A stretch of DNA of 64,000 nt from an uncultured Actinomycetota bacterium (GTDB taxonomy: Bacteria; Actinomycetota; Actinomycetes; JAHEKZ01), in NCBI GenBank assembly GCA_963718235.1, contig CAVQYR010000002.1, forward strand, positions 672,001 through 736,000, read 5' to 3'. Numbering within the stretch: the stretch's first letter is position 1; every line of letters begins with the position of its first letter. A program made the position numbers and the translations under genes. The notes under the pieces were generated by a model that made no database searches, was not told the DNA's origin, and saw only the letters and a list, made by a program, of their open reading frames with translations. Of the stretch, positions 22,867 to 33,024 are shown one piece after another.

Positions 22867-24291
22867 TTGACCGGGGACTCCGTTCGGGTGCGCTGGCTGG
22901 CAGCGCCACCGCCGCTTGCCCTCGTGTCGGTGCTGCGCAGCAAGAACATCGAGCTCGTTGCCCATGATGCGCCGTTCGACCTCGTGGTCGTGGACGCCGC
23001 ATCGTGGCCGCTCGGCGCGGGGAGCTCGTCGTCGATGGCGCCTTCGGTGCTGTTGATCGACCAGGACGACCAGAGCGACCTCGATCGCCTCCTGGCGAGA
23101 CTGCCGGAGACGCTGGCGGTCGAGTCACTCACGACCCATCCGGCGTTGCTGGCCCGGCGGCTCCGACAACACGCGTCCGCGCCCGAGTTCGAGACCGACC
23201 CGCTCACCGGCGTGGGCAACCGTCGGGGTCTCCAACGGTGGCTGCACCGACACGACGGCCGGGAGATCGTCCTGATCGAGTTCGACATCGACCACATCAA
23301 GCACATCAACGACAAGTGGGGTTTCGAGGTCGGTGACCAGGCGCTGGCCCGGGTCGGGGCGTTGCTGGAGCAGCACGTGCCCCGTGACGCGTACGTCGCC
23401 CGGCTCGGCGACGACGAGTTCATCGTCGCAGCTCCCAGGGGCGAGACGTCGCCTGCCCTGTTGGCCGAGTTCTTGAGGCGTGGCGCGGCGCTGGACGCGG
23501 TTCCAGCCGATGCGCGCGCACCGGGAGAGAGTCAGGCAGTGGTGATGTGTGCGGGTGTCAGCAGTGGTGACGACCCTGACGTCCTGCTGCAACAGGCCCA
23601 CCTCGCCGTGGTGGCGGCGAAGGCACGCGGCCGCGACCGTGCCGTCGACTTCGAGGCGATGCGCCTGGCTGCGTCGGACTCCTTCGAGGAGCGCGCGTTC
23701 GAGGACATGACGGTCCTTGCGGCGCAGCGTGCTGCCGAGCTGATCACCAGTGGCGGTCGTCGGGTCTTCTCGTTGCTGCGCGACGAGGCCGAGACCGACC
23801 CGCTCACCAGCCTGCCCAACCGTCGCTACTTCAACAAGAAGCTCGAGTGGGAGGCGCACGCCGCGGCCGAGGCGGGTATCCCGCTGTCGGTGATCTGGGT
23901 CGACGTCGACCACTTCGGCCTGTTCAACAAGCGGTTCAGCTACGTGGTCGGAGACTCCGTGCTGCGTCACGTCGCCCAGACGGTGCGAGAGATCGTCGGC
24001 GAAGCGGGGTGGGTGGCCCGCTGGGGCGGTGAGGAGTTCGCGGTCGTCCTCGGCGACTGCCGGCTCGACGAGGCGCTGGTCGTGGCCGAGCGGCTGCGCG
24101 CCGGCGTCGAGGTGGAGGACTTCGTGCCCGAGGACCGTCGGCGCGTCGGCGTCACCGTGAGCGCAGGGGTGGCCCAGTGGTCACCGGACGAGTCGATCCG
24201 TGACCTGATCACCCGGGTGTCGGTCGGGGTCGCACTGGCCAAGGAGAAGCGCAACGACGTCCGAGCCGCTCCGGACCCGCTCGTCGGCTAG
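22867..24291 (+). CDS. Cytoplasmic protein with two tandem GGDEF domains
   Basis: TDPLTGVGNRR...RLGDDEF and TDPLTSLPNRR...RWGGEEF; start codon uncertain. Confidence 0.88.
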   Translation: MTGDSVRVRWLAAPPPLALVSVLRSKNIELVAHDAPFDLVVVDAASWPLGAGSSSSMAPSVLLIDQDDQSDLDRLLARLPETLAVESLTTHPALLARRLRQHASAPEFETDPLTGVGNRRGLQRWLHRHDGREIVLIEFDIDHIKHINDKWGFEVGDQALARVGALLEQHVPRDAYVARLGDDEFIVAAPRGETSPALLAEFLRRGAALDAVPADARAPGESQAVVMCAGVSSGDDPDVLLQQAHLAVVAAKARGRDRAVDFEAMRLAASDSFEERAFEDMTVLAAQRAAELITSGGRRVFSLLRDEAETDPLTSLPNRRYFNKKLEWEAHAAAEAGIPLSVIWVDVDHFGLFNKRFSYVVGDSVLRHVAQTVREIVGEAGWVARWGGEEFAVVLGDCRLDEALVVAERLRAGVEVEDFVPEDRRRVGVTVSAGVAQWSPDESIRDLITRVSVGVALAKEKRNDVRAAPDPLVG

Positions 24292-24378
24292 GTCGGCTGC
24301 ATCCACAGGCTGGCCGGGTCGCTCGGTCGTCCACAGCTGCGCGGAGCCGGGGCCGATGAGCCGGTCCCCACCCTAGAG

Positions 24379-24394
24379 TCGAACACATGTTCGA
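24379..24394. promoter_or_regulatory. LexA (SOS) box
   Basis: Perfect actinobacterial consensus TCGAAC-ACAT-GTTCGA; overlaps -10 TAGAGT (24374-24379) and ATG 24387. Confidence 0.9.
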
Positions 24395-25898
24395 TGACGG
24401 TGGCACGGGTGCGAGAGGCGGCCTCGCCGGCAGTGGGTGCGTGCCGTCGTCCGACCCGTGGCCGATGCGGGGTGAGGTCGTCGACGAGGTCGTCCGTGAA
24501 CCCGCCGTCTCGCATGCGGTGGCCGAGGTCCTGGCTGCGGTGCGCGGGCTGCGCTCTCGAGCCGGCGACGCCGTGACCGCCGAGGAACGAGCAGGCTGGT
24601 TGCGCGGTCTGCGTCAGGTGGCCGATGCCGCAGAAGTCGGGTTCACCGAGGTGCTCGGCGCGTTCGATGCCCACGCGGACGGTCAGACGCTGGCCGCGTC
24701 GCCGAGCACGGCGGCGTGGTGTCGCCGTCACCTCCGGATGGCCCACGGTGACGCAGCCGGCCGGCTGCGGCTGGCCCGGTTGGCGGCCACGGAACCGGCG
24801 ATGGGTGAGGCACTCGAGCAAGTTGCCGCAGGTGCGCTGCGCTATGAGCAGACACGGCAGATCGCGCGCAGCGTGCGCTGCCTCGACAGCCCGCTCGCGA
24901 CTCCGGAGGAGCAACGGCAGCGAGCCGAAGCCGTCGAGCTGCTGGCCACGCTCGCCACCACGGCCGACCCGGCGGTCCTCGCGGCTGCCGGCCGCCGCAT
25001 CGCCAACGTCGTGAACCCAGACGGCGTCCTGACCGTCCGTGAACGGCAGCTGGCTCGCCGGTACCTGCAGCTCTCGCCGTTGCTCGACGGGATGACGGCG
25101 TTGGACGGTCTGCTCGACGCGGAGGGGGCGGCGACCTTGTCTGCGGCGCTGGCGCCGCTGCTCGTGCCGGCCGGACCCGACGACTCGCGCAGCTCGGCCC
25201 AGCGTCGTGCGGACGCACTGGTCGAGGTCGCCACCCTGGCCCTGGACACCGGGCAGCTCCCGCAGCTGTCTGGGAGCGCAGCAGCCGTCGACGTCGTCGT
25301 GACGGCGGAGACGCTGGCCCGTTACGCCGAGCTGCAGCGCGGTACCGGAGACGAGCCGCCGCCGGTCGTTATCGACGCTCCCGAGGCGCCGCCGACCTCG
25401 GCCGTCGGGCACTGGCTGGCATCCGCCTGGGTCGGGCTGGTCGGCCCCAACGCCGGAGGTGTCGCCCCCGGAGTCCCGGGTGGCCCAGCGATGCTGCCGG
25501 TCGATGTCGTGGCCAAGTGGCTGTGCAACGGCAGCGTCGGAAGGATGGTGCTCGGTCCTGACTCCGTGCCGCTCGACCTGGGCCGAAGACAACGGTTGTT
25601 CACCGCGGAACAACGACGTGCACTTCTCCTGCGTGACGCCGGGTGTCGCTTCCCGGGGTGTGACCGACCGCCGAGGTACACCGACGCGCACCACGTGGTG
25701 CCGTGGACGTCCGGCGGAGCGACGGATCTGGACAACGCCCTGCTGCTGTGCCGCTTCCACCACAACCGGCTGCACGTCTCACCGGCCCGCGGTGGTTGGC
25801 TGCTCGAAGCTGTCGACCCGCACCGTGGCAGCAACGGGCCGCTGACCTTCACCAGTCCGGACGGCGTGACGCTGAGCAGTCCTCCTCGCGGACCCTGA
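24387..25898 (+). CDS. DUF222 + HNH endonuclease (13E12-repeat-like family)
   Basis: RSSAQRRADAL, PLDLGR and RDAGCRFPGC...DAHHVVPW..GG.TDLDN...LCRFHH. Confidence 0.9.
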   Translation: MFDDGGTGARGGLAGSGCVPSSDPWPMRGEVVDEVVREPAVSHAVAEVLAAVRGLRSRAGDAVTAEERAGWLRGLRQVADAAEVGFTEVLGAFDAHADGQTLAASPSTAAWCRRHLRMAHGDAAGRLRLARLAATEPAMGEALEQVAAGALRYEQTRQIARSVRCLDSPLATPEEQRQRAEAVELLATLATTADPAVLAAAGRRIANVVNPDGVLTVRERQLARRYLQLSPLLDGMTALDGLLDAEGAATLSAALAPLLVPAGPDDSRSSAQRRADALVEVATLALDTGQLPQLSGSAAAVDVVVTAETLARYAELQRGTGDEPPPVVIDAPEAPPTSAVGHWLASAWVGLVGPNAGGVAPGVPGGPAMLPVDVVAKWLCNGSVGRMVLGPDSVPLDLGRRQRLFTAEQRRALLLRDAGCRFPGCDRPPRYTDAHHVVPWTSGGATDLDNALLLCRFHHNRLHVSPARGGWLLEAVDPHRGSNGPLTFTSPDGVTLSSPPRGP

Positions 25899-25913
25899 CC
25901 GCCAGCGTGAGGC

Positions 25914-27251
25914 TCAGATGTCGCGGAACCGGTTGATCTCGGTGAGGTGACGCGCCCGCATGTCGGGGTCCCGAACACCGAGGCCCTCCTCAGGCGCGAG
26001 GCACAGGACGCCGACCTTGCCCTGGTGCATGTTGCGCTGCACCTCGTACGCCGCGAGACCAGTGTCGGACAAGGGGTAGGCCTTGGACAGCGTCGGATGG
26101 ATCTTGCCGCGCTGGATGAGCCGGTTGGCCTCCCAGGCCTCGCGGTAGTTCGCGAAGTGGGAGCCCACGATCCGCTTGAGGTTCATCCACAGGAATCGGT
26201 TGTCGTACTCGTGCATGAAGCCACTCGTCGATGCGCAGGTCACGATCGTGCCACCCTTGCGTGCGACGTAGACCGAGGCGCCGAAGGTCTCCCGGCCCGG
26301 GTGCTCGAACACGATGTCGACGTCGTCGCCGCCGGTGAGCTCGCGGATCTTCTTCCCGAGCCGCTTCCACTCCTTGGGGTCCTGCGTGACGTCGTCCTTC
26401 CAGAACCGGTAGCCCTCGGCGTTGCGGTCGATGATCAGCTCGGCCCCCATCCGCCGCACGATCTCGGCCTTCTCGGGGCTCGAGACGACGCAGACCGGGG
26501 TCGCGCCACCGTTGAGGGCCATCTGCGTGGCGTAGGAGCCGAGGCCCCCGCTCGCCCCCCAGATCAGCACGATGTCGCCCTGCTTCATGCCCGCGCCATG
26601 GTGGCTCACCAGCTGCCGGTAGGCGGTGGAGTTCACCAGTCCTGGGCAGGCGGCCTCCTCCCAGGTGAGGTGCCGGGGCTTCTCCAGCAGCTGGTTGGAC
26701 TTCACCAGGGCGAGCTGGGCCAGGCCGCCGAAGTTGGTCTCGTAGCCCCAGATCCGCTGCTCGGGGTCGAGCATCGTGTCGTCGTGGCCGAGGGGGCTCT
26801 CCAGCTCGACGCTGAGGCAGTGCGCAACCACCTCGTCACCGGGATGCCACGTGTGCACGCCCGGCCCGGTCCGCAGCACGACACCGGCGAGGTCGGAGCC
26901 GATCACGTGGTAGGGCAGGTCGTGCCGCTTGGCCAGCGGCGAGGTACGTCCGTAGCGCTCGAGGAAGCCGAACGTCGAGACCGGCTCGAACATGGCGGAC
27001 CACACGGTGTTGTAGTTGACCGACGACGCCATCACGGCGATCAGCGCCTCGCCGGGGCCGAGCTCGGGCGTCGGGACGTCGCCGATCCGGATCGCCTGGC
27101 GGGGGTCCTTGTCGCGGGTCGGAACTGCGTCGAACATCGTGGCGTCCTCCTTGCGGAGGTAGGCCGCGGTGTAGTGCGTGGGCACCTCGAGTGCGGCGAA
27201 GACCTCACGGGTGGCGTCGCCGTCGAGGATGGTCTCCAGGATCTTCTTCAC
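25914..27251 (-). CDS. ccr: Crotonyl-CoA carboxylase/reductase
   Basis: VMASSVNYNTVW, RIWGYETNFGG, WGASGGLG, FEHPG and GSHFAN. Confidence 0.96.
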   Translation of the reverse strand: MKKILETILDGDATREVFAALEVPTHYTAAYLRKEDATMFDAVPTRDKDPRQAIRIGDVPTPELGPGEALIAVMASSVNYNTVWSAMFEPVSTFGFLERYGRTSPLAKRHDLPYHVIGSDLAGVVLRTGPGVHTWHPGDEVVAHCLSVELESPLGHDDTMLDPEQRIWGYETNFGGLAQLALVKSNQLLEKPRHLTWEEAACPGLVNSTAYRQLVSHHGAGMKQGDIVLIWGASGGLGSYATQMALNGGATPVCVVSSPEKAEIVRRMGAELIIDRNAEGYRFWKDDVTQDPKEWKRLGKKIRELTGGDDVDIVFEHPGRETFGASVYVARKGGTIVTCASTSGFMHEYDNRFLWMNLKRIVGSHFANYREAWEANRLIQRGKIHPTLSKAYPLSDTGLAAYEVQRNMHQGKVGVLCLAPEEGLGVRDPDMRARHLTEINRFRDI

Positions 27252-27487
27252 GTCGGCCTCACTCGTGATGGTCGCGGTCCGACGACACTAGCGGGACGCC
27301 GTCGCTGACTGCCTCCCGGGTGGTTGTCCTCGCACGGTGGCGTTGCGTGGTGCGTCGCTCACCAACCGTGGTGGCGTTGGTCGGTTCGGTCACAGTCGTC
27401 GGGTGGCTCAGCCAAAGCGTCAACGCAGTCGCGGGGCCGACGTACGCTGAGCCGACGTTCGGGTGGGTCTGGCTGCGGGGGGCAGGG

Positions 27488-30265
27488 GTGGGTTTCGCGG
27501 GGCGGCCGTTCACCGCCACGCTGTCGCTGATGGCAGGCGCAGCGCTGGCTGCCTCGCTGCTGGCTGTACCTGCGGCCACGGCCGCCCCAGTGGGCACGAA
27601 CGCCGACCGGCAGACCTGGCAGGTCGACGGGCGCGTGAACGCGTTGGCGTACAGCCCCGACGGCTCAGTCGCGTACATCGCCGGCACCTTCCACCACATC
27701 TGTCCTCCCGGCGTCGCCCCCTGCGACGCGGCGACACCGGGCGCCCTGTCGATCGACAACCTGGCGGCGGTCGATGTCCAGTCCGGGGCGCCCATCCCGG
27801 GCTGGCGTCCACAGCCCGACGAGGAGGTCTCCGCACTGGCGGTCGCGGACAACGGCACCCTCTACATCGGTGGGTTCTTCCACCTGGTCGGAACCGAGGT
27901 TCACCACCGGCTCGCTGCTCTGTCCGCCGACACGGGGGAGCCAATCGCCTCGTGGTCCCCGGACGTGGGCGCCCAGGTGAAGGCCATCGCGCTCTCGCCG
28001 ACGCAGGACATCGTGTACATCGGCGGCAGCTTCAAGACGGTGAACCAGGTCTCGCGGCCGTTGCTGGCGGCCGTGACGGCGTACTCGAACCGTTCGATGA
28101 CGGCCTCGCTGCTGCCATGGAGGCCCGCACCCACCGGCAGCGACACGTACGACCACGGATCGCTCATGCCCGCCATCGTGAACGCGTTGGTCGTACGCAG
28201 CGGTGACGGACAGGTCTTCGTGGGAGGCGTCTTCACGTCCATCGGGGGCCTGGCGCGCAGTGACATCGCGGCGATCGGTCCCGCCTCGGGCGGTGGGACC
28301 GGGTCAGCGGATGCAGGATTCGACCCGAATCCGTCGCTGCACTACGTGACCTTGAACGTGATGCTGACCCGGGACGGAAGCACCCTGTTCGCCGACGGCC
28401 GGGGGCCCGGTGGGTTTCTGCGCGCCTACAACAGCCGCACGGGTGCCCAGTTGTGGGCGCGCCGGTTCGATGGGGACGTGCAGGCTGCAGTGGCCACCGA
28501 CTCGGTGGTGTACGTCGGCGGGCACTTCAACAACGTGGCTATCAGCGGAAGCGCGCTGAAGGACGAGCGCCAACACCTCGCGGCTTTCGACATCGCGACC
28601 GGTGCCACGGACCCATGGAACCCGATCGCCAACAGCGCGTTCGGCGTCTACGCGATGGCCTGGTCGCCCGGCCACGTGATGGTGGGTGGCGACTTCACGA
28701 AGGTCAACTACCTGCCGCACGAGGGGTTCGCCCAGTTCTCGGGAGGGACGACCAGCCCTCCCACCCCCGTGTCCGACGCGGAGGCGACGAGCACGCTGAA
28801 GGGCCGGGTCGACCTGTCCTGGTCGCCGGTCACGGACGCGGACTCACCGACGGTGACCTACCGGGTCTACCGACGTCTCGTCGGCCGGTCGTTCGACCTC
28901 ATCGCGTCCTTCGTGGGTCCTACCGGTGCCGCCACCCCGGTCACCTACACCGACCAGGGGCTGCCGGTCGGGTCGTCCTTCCAGTACCAGGTCCGGGCGG
29001 CGGACTCGGTGTTCGTGTCCGGACCGGGCAACATCACCGCACCGGTGGTCGTGCACGGGAACAGCTTCGGTCCGGATTCCCCTGCCGAGGTCGTGGCGTC
29101 CTCGTCGGTCCCGGGGGTCGTGCAGGTCCGGTGGCGAGGCTCCCGCGACCTCGACGACGCAACCCTCACGTACACGCTCGTGCGCCACCGGGACGGCAAG
29201 GCGACGAGGGTCGCCAGGATCGTCGGGGCGACGGGCGGCACGCTGCGTGCGACCGACACGTTCGCGATGGGGGGCCTGGTGAGCTACTCGGTCACCGCGA
29301 GCGATGGTGCGTCGACCAGCCCCCCGAGCGACCGATCGACGCGGGTGAGGGTCGCGAGAGACGAAGCGGCACCTGCAACGCCCCAGCAGCTGAAGGTGGA
29401 GAGTCGCAGCGCCAACACGGTGTCGCTGACCTGGGCGGCCAGCACCGATGCGGACACCCCTCGGTCGGCCCTGATGTACCGGGTCTATCGCAAGGCGCGT
29501 GCTGACGCGGGAATGGGCCGCCTGATCGCCACGACCGCAGCGGGCCGACGGTCCTTCACCGACACCTCATCGGCCGCGAACGGTGTGACACCGGACCGCG
29601 CCTACACCTACTACGTGGCGGCGAGCGACGGTCCGAAGTCCAGCGCGAAGTCCCGTGGGCGGACGACGAGGGTGTCGAGCGTGGTGTTCGGCTCGGCCTT
29701 CCAGTCCCTCGACGGGTGGAAGAGGCCACACGCGCCCGCGGGAGTCGAGCTCGACCCGGTTCGGGGCCACCTCGCGCCCGGGGCGGTCCGCCTCACCTCC
29801 TCGACGACACCGGTCGTCAACGGCTACCTGCACCGCAGGTTCGAGGACGCATACGCCCGAGTGTGCGTGCTCGAGTGGGTGTCGGTGTCCAGCTACGACA
29901 CCACGGTGAACGGGCAGACCACTCTGGTGCGCGTCTACAGCACGTCCGGTCAGTCGATCGCCCGGCTCTTCCTCGATGACAACGGCCGCCTGTGGGTGCG
30001 CAGCGACTGGGGGAGCAACCCCTCGGTCACCTCAGTGACCGTCCCCCGCGACGCCAGCTGGCACTCCACGCAGCTGTGCGTCACTACGTCACCTGACTCC
30101 CTGAGCGGAACGCTCACGGCGTGGTGGGACGGGGTGAACCTGGGAACCACCAAGGACGTCGACAACTCCCCGAACCTGCTCGCCTCGATGGACATCGGTG
30201 ACGCCACGCCCGGCAGCTACTCGGTCACCATTGACGACGTGCGCGTCGGGACGACGAGGCGCTAG
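27488..30265 (+). CDS. Large secreted protein: beta-propeller repeats, three FN3-like domains and a C-terminal beta-sandwich
   Basis: Signal peptide from GTG 27488; repeated YIGGxF/VGGxF blades; LSWSP/VRWRG/LTWAA...Y-x-Y-x-V FN3 patterns. Confidence 0.8.
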   Translation: MGFAGRPFTATLSLMAGAALAASLLAVPAATAAPVGTNADRQTWQVDGRVNALAYSPDGSVAYIAGTFHHICPPGVAPCDAATPGALSIDNLAAVDVQSGAPIPGWRPQPDEEVSALAVADNGTLYIGGFFHLVGTEVHHRLAALSADTGEPIASWSPDVGAQVKAIALSPTQDIVYIGGSFKTVNQVSRPLLAAVTAYSNRSMTASLLPWRPAPTGSDTYDHGSLMPAIVNALVVRSGDGQVFVGGVFTSIGGLARSDIAAIGPASGGGTGSADAGFDPNPSLHYVTLNVMLTRDGSTLFADGRGPGGFLRAYNSRTGAQLWARRFDGDVQAAVATDSVVYVGGHFNNVAISGSALKDERQHLAAFDIATGATDPWNPIANSAFGVYAMAWSPGHVMVGGDFTKVNYLPHEGFAQFSGGTTSPPTPVSDAEATSTLKGRVDLSWSPVTDADSPTVTYRVYRRLVGRSFDLIASFVGPTGAATPVTYTDQGLPVGSSFQYQVRAADSVFVSGPGNITAPVVVHGNSFGPDSPAEVVASSSVPGVVQVRWRGSRDLDDATLTYTLVRHRDGKATRVARIVGATGGTLRATDTFAMGGLVSYSVTASDGASTSPPSDRSTRVRVARDEAAPATPQQLKVESRSANTVSLTWAASTDADTPRSALMYRVYRKARADAGMGRLIATTAAGRRSFTDTSSAANGVTPDRAYTYYVAASDGPKSSAKSRGRTTRVSSVVFGSAFQSLDGWKRPHAPAGVELDPVRGHLAPGAVRLTSSTTPVVNGYLHRRFEDAYARVCVLEWVSVSSYDTTVNGQTTLVRVYSTSGQSIARLFLDDNGRLWVRSDWGSNPSVTSVTVPRDASWHSTQLCVTTSPDSLSGTLTAWWDGVNLGTTKDVDNSPNLLASMDIGDATPGSYSVTIDDVRVGTTRR

Positions 30266-30729
30266 GCGGGCTCGACCAGCTCGATGAGCACCCCGCCGGC
30301 ATCCTTGGGGTGGACGAAGTTGATCCTGGACCCCGCGGTGCCGCTCCGCGGCTCCTCGTAGAGCAGGCGGACACCACGTCCGCGGAGGGTGGCGCAGACG
30401 GCGTCGAGGTCGGCGACCCGGTACGCGAGCTGCTGGAGACCGGGTCCGCTTCGCTCCAGGAACCGGGCGATCGCGGAGTCCGGACGCAGAGGGGCCAGCA
30501 GCTGGATCTGGGTCTGCCCCTCGCCGACCGCGAGCATCGCCTCGCGGACCCCTTGTTCCTCGTTGGCCTCCTCGTGCACCACCTGCAGGCCGAAGGTCGC
30601 CGCGTAGAAGGCCACAGCGGAGTCGAAGTCGGCCACCGCGATGCCCACGTGGTCGATCGCGGTGAACAGCGATCCGCCCAGCGCTGCGACTGGCTCGGCT
30701 GGGGGCGCGGAATCAGGCGGGGTCGCCAT
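30262..30729 (-). CDS. mce: Methylmalonyl/ethylmalonyl-CoA epimerase
   Basis: [17 protein letters not shown] and [16 protein letters not shown]. Confidence 0.93.
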   Translation of the reverse strand: MATPPDSAPPAEPVAALGGSLFTAIDHVGIAVADFDSAVAFYAATFGLQVVHEEANEEQGVREAMLAVGEGQTQIQLLAPLRPDSAIARFLERSGPGLQQLAYRVADLDAVCATLRGRGVRLLYEEPRSGTAGSRINFVHPKDAGGVLIELVEPA

Positions 30730-30814
30730 GGGTATCCCCTCCGGTTTCTGGGCGAGCTGGATCCCGCAGGTATCGTGGCAGGTGTTCACTCGCCGCTTCG
30801 ATGGGAGGGTCCCC

Positions 30815-31999
30815 TTGACCACGTCCGTGATCGTTGCCGGGGCGCGTACGCCCATGGGTCGACTGCTCGGCAGTCTCAAGGGATTCAGCGCGGCGCAGCT
30901 GGGCGGCCTGGCGATCGAGGCAGCCCTCAGCCGGGCCGGCGTCAGCCCGGACCAGGTCGAGTACGTCGTGATGGGCCACGTCCTGCAGGCCGGGGCAGGT
31001 CAGATCACGGCGCGGCAGGCTGCCGTCAACGCGGGAATCCCCATGTCCGTCCCGTCGATCACGATCAACAAGGTCTGCCTGTCCGGGCTCGATGCGATCG
31101 CCCTGGCCGACCAGCTGATCCGGGCGGGAGAGTTCGAGATCGTCGTGGCCGGTGGCATGGAGTCGATGACCAACGCTCCGCACCTCCTCCCGGGTTCACG
31201 CGAAGGCGTCAAGTACGGCAACGCCACCCTGGTCGACTCGATGGCCTTCGACGCGCTCACGTGTGCCTTCGACGGTCTGCCGATGGGCGAGGCCACCGAG
31301 GGGTACAACGCCCGGTACTCGTTGACCCGCGAGGAGCAGGACGCCTTCTCGGCACGGTCCCACCAGCGTGCGGCGGTCGCGGCGAAGAACGGCGTGTTCG
31401 CCGAGGAGATCGTTCCCGTGGAGATCCCGCAGCGTCGCGGCGACCCGATCGTGTTCGCCGAGGACGAGGGGATCCGGGCGGACACCACCGCCGAGACGCT
31501 GGCCAAGCTGCGACCCGCCTTCGCCAAGGACGGCACCATCACGGCCGGCTCGGCGTCGCAGATCAGCGACGGCGCTGCGGCAGTGGTCGTGATGAGCAAG
31601 GAGAAGGCCGAGTCGTTGGGTCTCACCTGGCTCGCCGAGATCGGGAAGCACGGCAACGTGGCCGGACCCGACGCGTCGCTGCACGAGCAGCCGGCGAACG
31701 CGATCAAGCACGCGCTGGACCGCGAGGGGCTCACCCCTGCCGACCTCGACGTCGTCGAGATCAACGAGGCCTTCGCGGCAGTCGGGGTCGTCTCGGCCCG
31801 AGCCCTCGGCCTCAGCGACGAGGTGGTCAACCCGAACGGGGGAGCGATCGCCCTCGGACACCCGGTGGGCATGAGTGGTGCGCGGCTGGTCCTGACCCTG
31901 GCCCTCGAGCTCAGGCGCCGTGGTGGGGGAGTCGGAGCTGCCGCCCTGTGCGGGGGCGGCGGACAGGGCGACGCGCTCATCATCCGCGTCCCACGCTGA
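30815..31999 (+). CDS. Acetyl-CoA acetyltransferase (thiolase, FadA4-like)
   Basis: [21 protein letters not shown] and LCGGGGQG; TTG start. Confidence 0.95.
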   Translation: MTTSVIVAGARTPMGRLLGSLKGFSAAQLGGLAIEAALSRAGVSPDQVEYVVMGHVLQAGAGQITARQAAVNAGIPMSVPSITINKVCLSGLDAIALADQLIRAGEFEIVVAGGMESMTNAPHLLPGSREGVKYGNATLVDSMAFDALTCAFDGLPMGEATEGYNARYSLTREEQDAFSARSHQRAAVAAKNGVFAEEIVPVEIPQRRGDPIVFAEDEGIRADTTAETLAKLRPAFAKDGTITAGSASQISDGAAAVVVMSKEKAESLGLTWLAEIGKHGNVAGPDASLHEQPANAIKHALDREGLTPADLDVVEINEAFAAVGVVSARALGLSDEVVNPNGGAIALGHPVGMSGARLVLTLALELRRRGGGVGAAALCGGGGQGDALIIRVPR

Positions 32000-32007
32000 G
32001 CCGAAGG

Positions 32008-32994
32008 GTGGCCCGTGTCGTCGACGTCCCGACGCTCGTCGAGGGCGCCCGGGCCGGTGATCCGCGCGCCGTGGCCCGGCTCATCTCCCTGATCGAGGAC
32101 GGGGCTCCTTCGCTCCGGACCGTGGCGGCGACGTTGGCGCCGCACACCGGCCGGGCTCGAGTCGTGGGGCTGACCGGGGCCCCGGGGGTCGGCAAGTCCA
32201 CCACGACGTCCGCGCTGATCAGCGTCCTGCGTGAGCGCGGCCTGCGGGTGGGCGTGCTGGCCGTCGACCCGTCGTCGCCCTTCAGCGGCGGCGCACTGCT
32301 CGGGGACCGGGTGCGGATGCAGGAGCACGCCACCGACCCGGGGGTGTTCATCCGGTCGATGGCCTCGCGGGGACACCTCGGGGGGCTGGCCTGGTCGACG
32401 CCGCAGGCCGTGCGGGTGCTGGACGCCGCAGGCTGCGACGTGATCTTGATCGAGACCGTGGGCGTGGGCCAGTCGGAGGTCGAGGTCGCGGCGTTGGCCG
32501 ACTCGACCGTGGTGCTGCTGGCCCCGGGCATGGGCGATGCGATCCAGGCAGCCAAGGCCGGGATCCTGGAGGTCGGCGACGTCTTCGCGGTCAACAAGGC
32601 GGACCGGGACGGTGCCGACGTCACCGTGCGTGAGCTGCGCTCGATGCTGGCCCTGGGGCGCGACCACGCCGGGCCTGATCCCGGCACGTGGCGCCCCCTG
32701 ATCGTGAAGACCGTCGCCTCGACGGGCGACGGCATCACCGACCTGCTCGGCGCGCTCGACGAGCACCAGGCATGGTCTCGGGCCACGGGCAACGACCGAC
32801 GACGACGCCACCGGCGGGCTGCGGCGGAGATCGAGGCACTCGCCCTGGACCAGACCCGCCGTGAGCTGCTCACCAGCGCCGGGGAGCGCCTGGCCGAGCT
32901 GGCGTCGGAGGTCGTCGACGGCAGGCTCGACCCCTACACGGCGGCGGACGAGCTCCTCGGTTCGACGGTTCCCGGCGGGGCCGCTGCCCACTGA
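32008..32994 (+). CDS. meaB: Acyl-CoA mutase-associated GTPase chaperone MeaB
   Basis: GAPGVGKS, DPSSPFSGGALLGDRVRM, ETVGVGQSE and NKAD. Confidence 0.95.
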   Translation: MARVVDVPTLVEGARAGDPRAVARLISLIEDGAPSLRTVAATLAPHTGRARVVGLTGAPGVGKSTTTSALISVLRERGLRVGVLAVDPSSPFSGGALLGDRVRMQEHATDPGVFIRSMASRGHLGGLAWSTPQAVRVLDAAGCDVILIETVGVGQSEVEVAALADSTVVLLAPGMGDAIQAAKAGILEVGDVFAVNKADRDGADVTVRELRSMLALGRDHAGPDPGTWRPLIVKTVASTGDGITDLLGALDEHQAWSRATGNDRRRRHRRAAAEIEALALDQTRRELLTSAGERLAELASEVVDGRLDPYTAADELLGSTVPGGAAAH

Positions 32995-33024
32995 GCGGGT
33001 GGTCGACGACGGGCAACCGAGCGC

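Noticed and set aside
24357-24379. Possible PafBC (RecA-NDp) promoter motif before the HNH gene
   Set aside because: AGCCGG-N9-TAGAGT deviates from TGTCGG-N10-TAnnnT in both sequence and spacing.
30310-32994. 894-aa ORF suggesting a large MeaB fusion (IcmF-like)
   Set aside because: Only the part from 32008 is MeaB; the rest overlaps mce and the thiolase out of frame.
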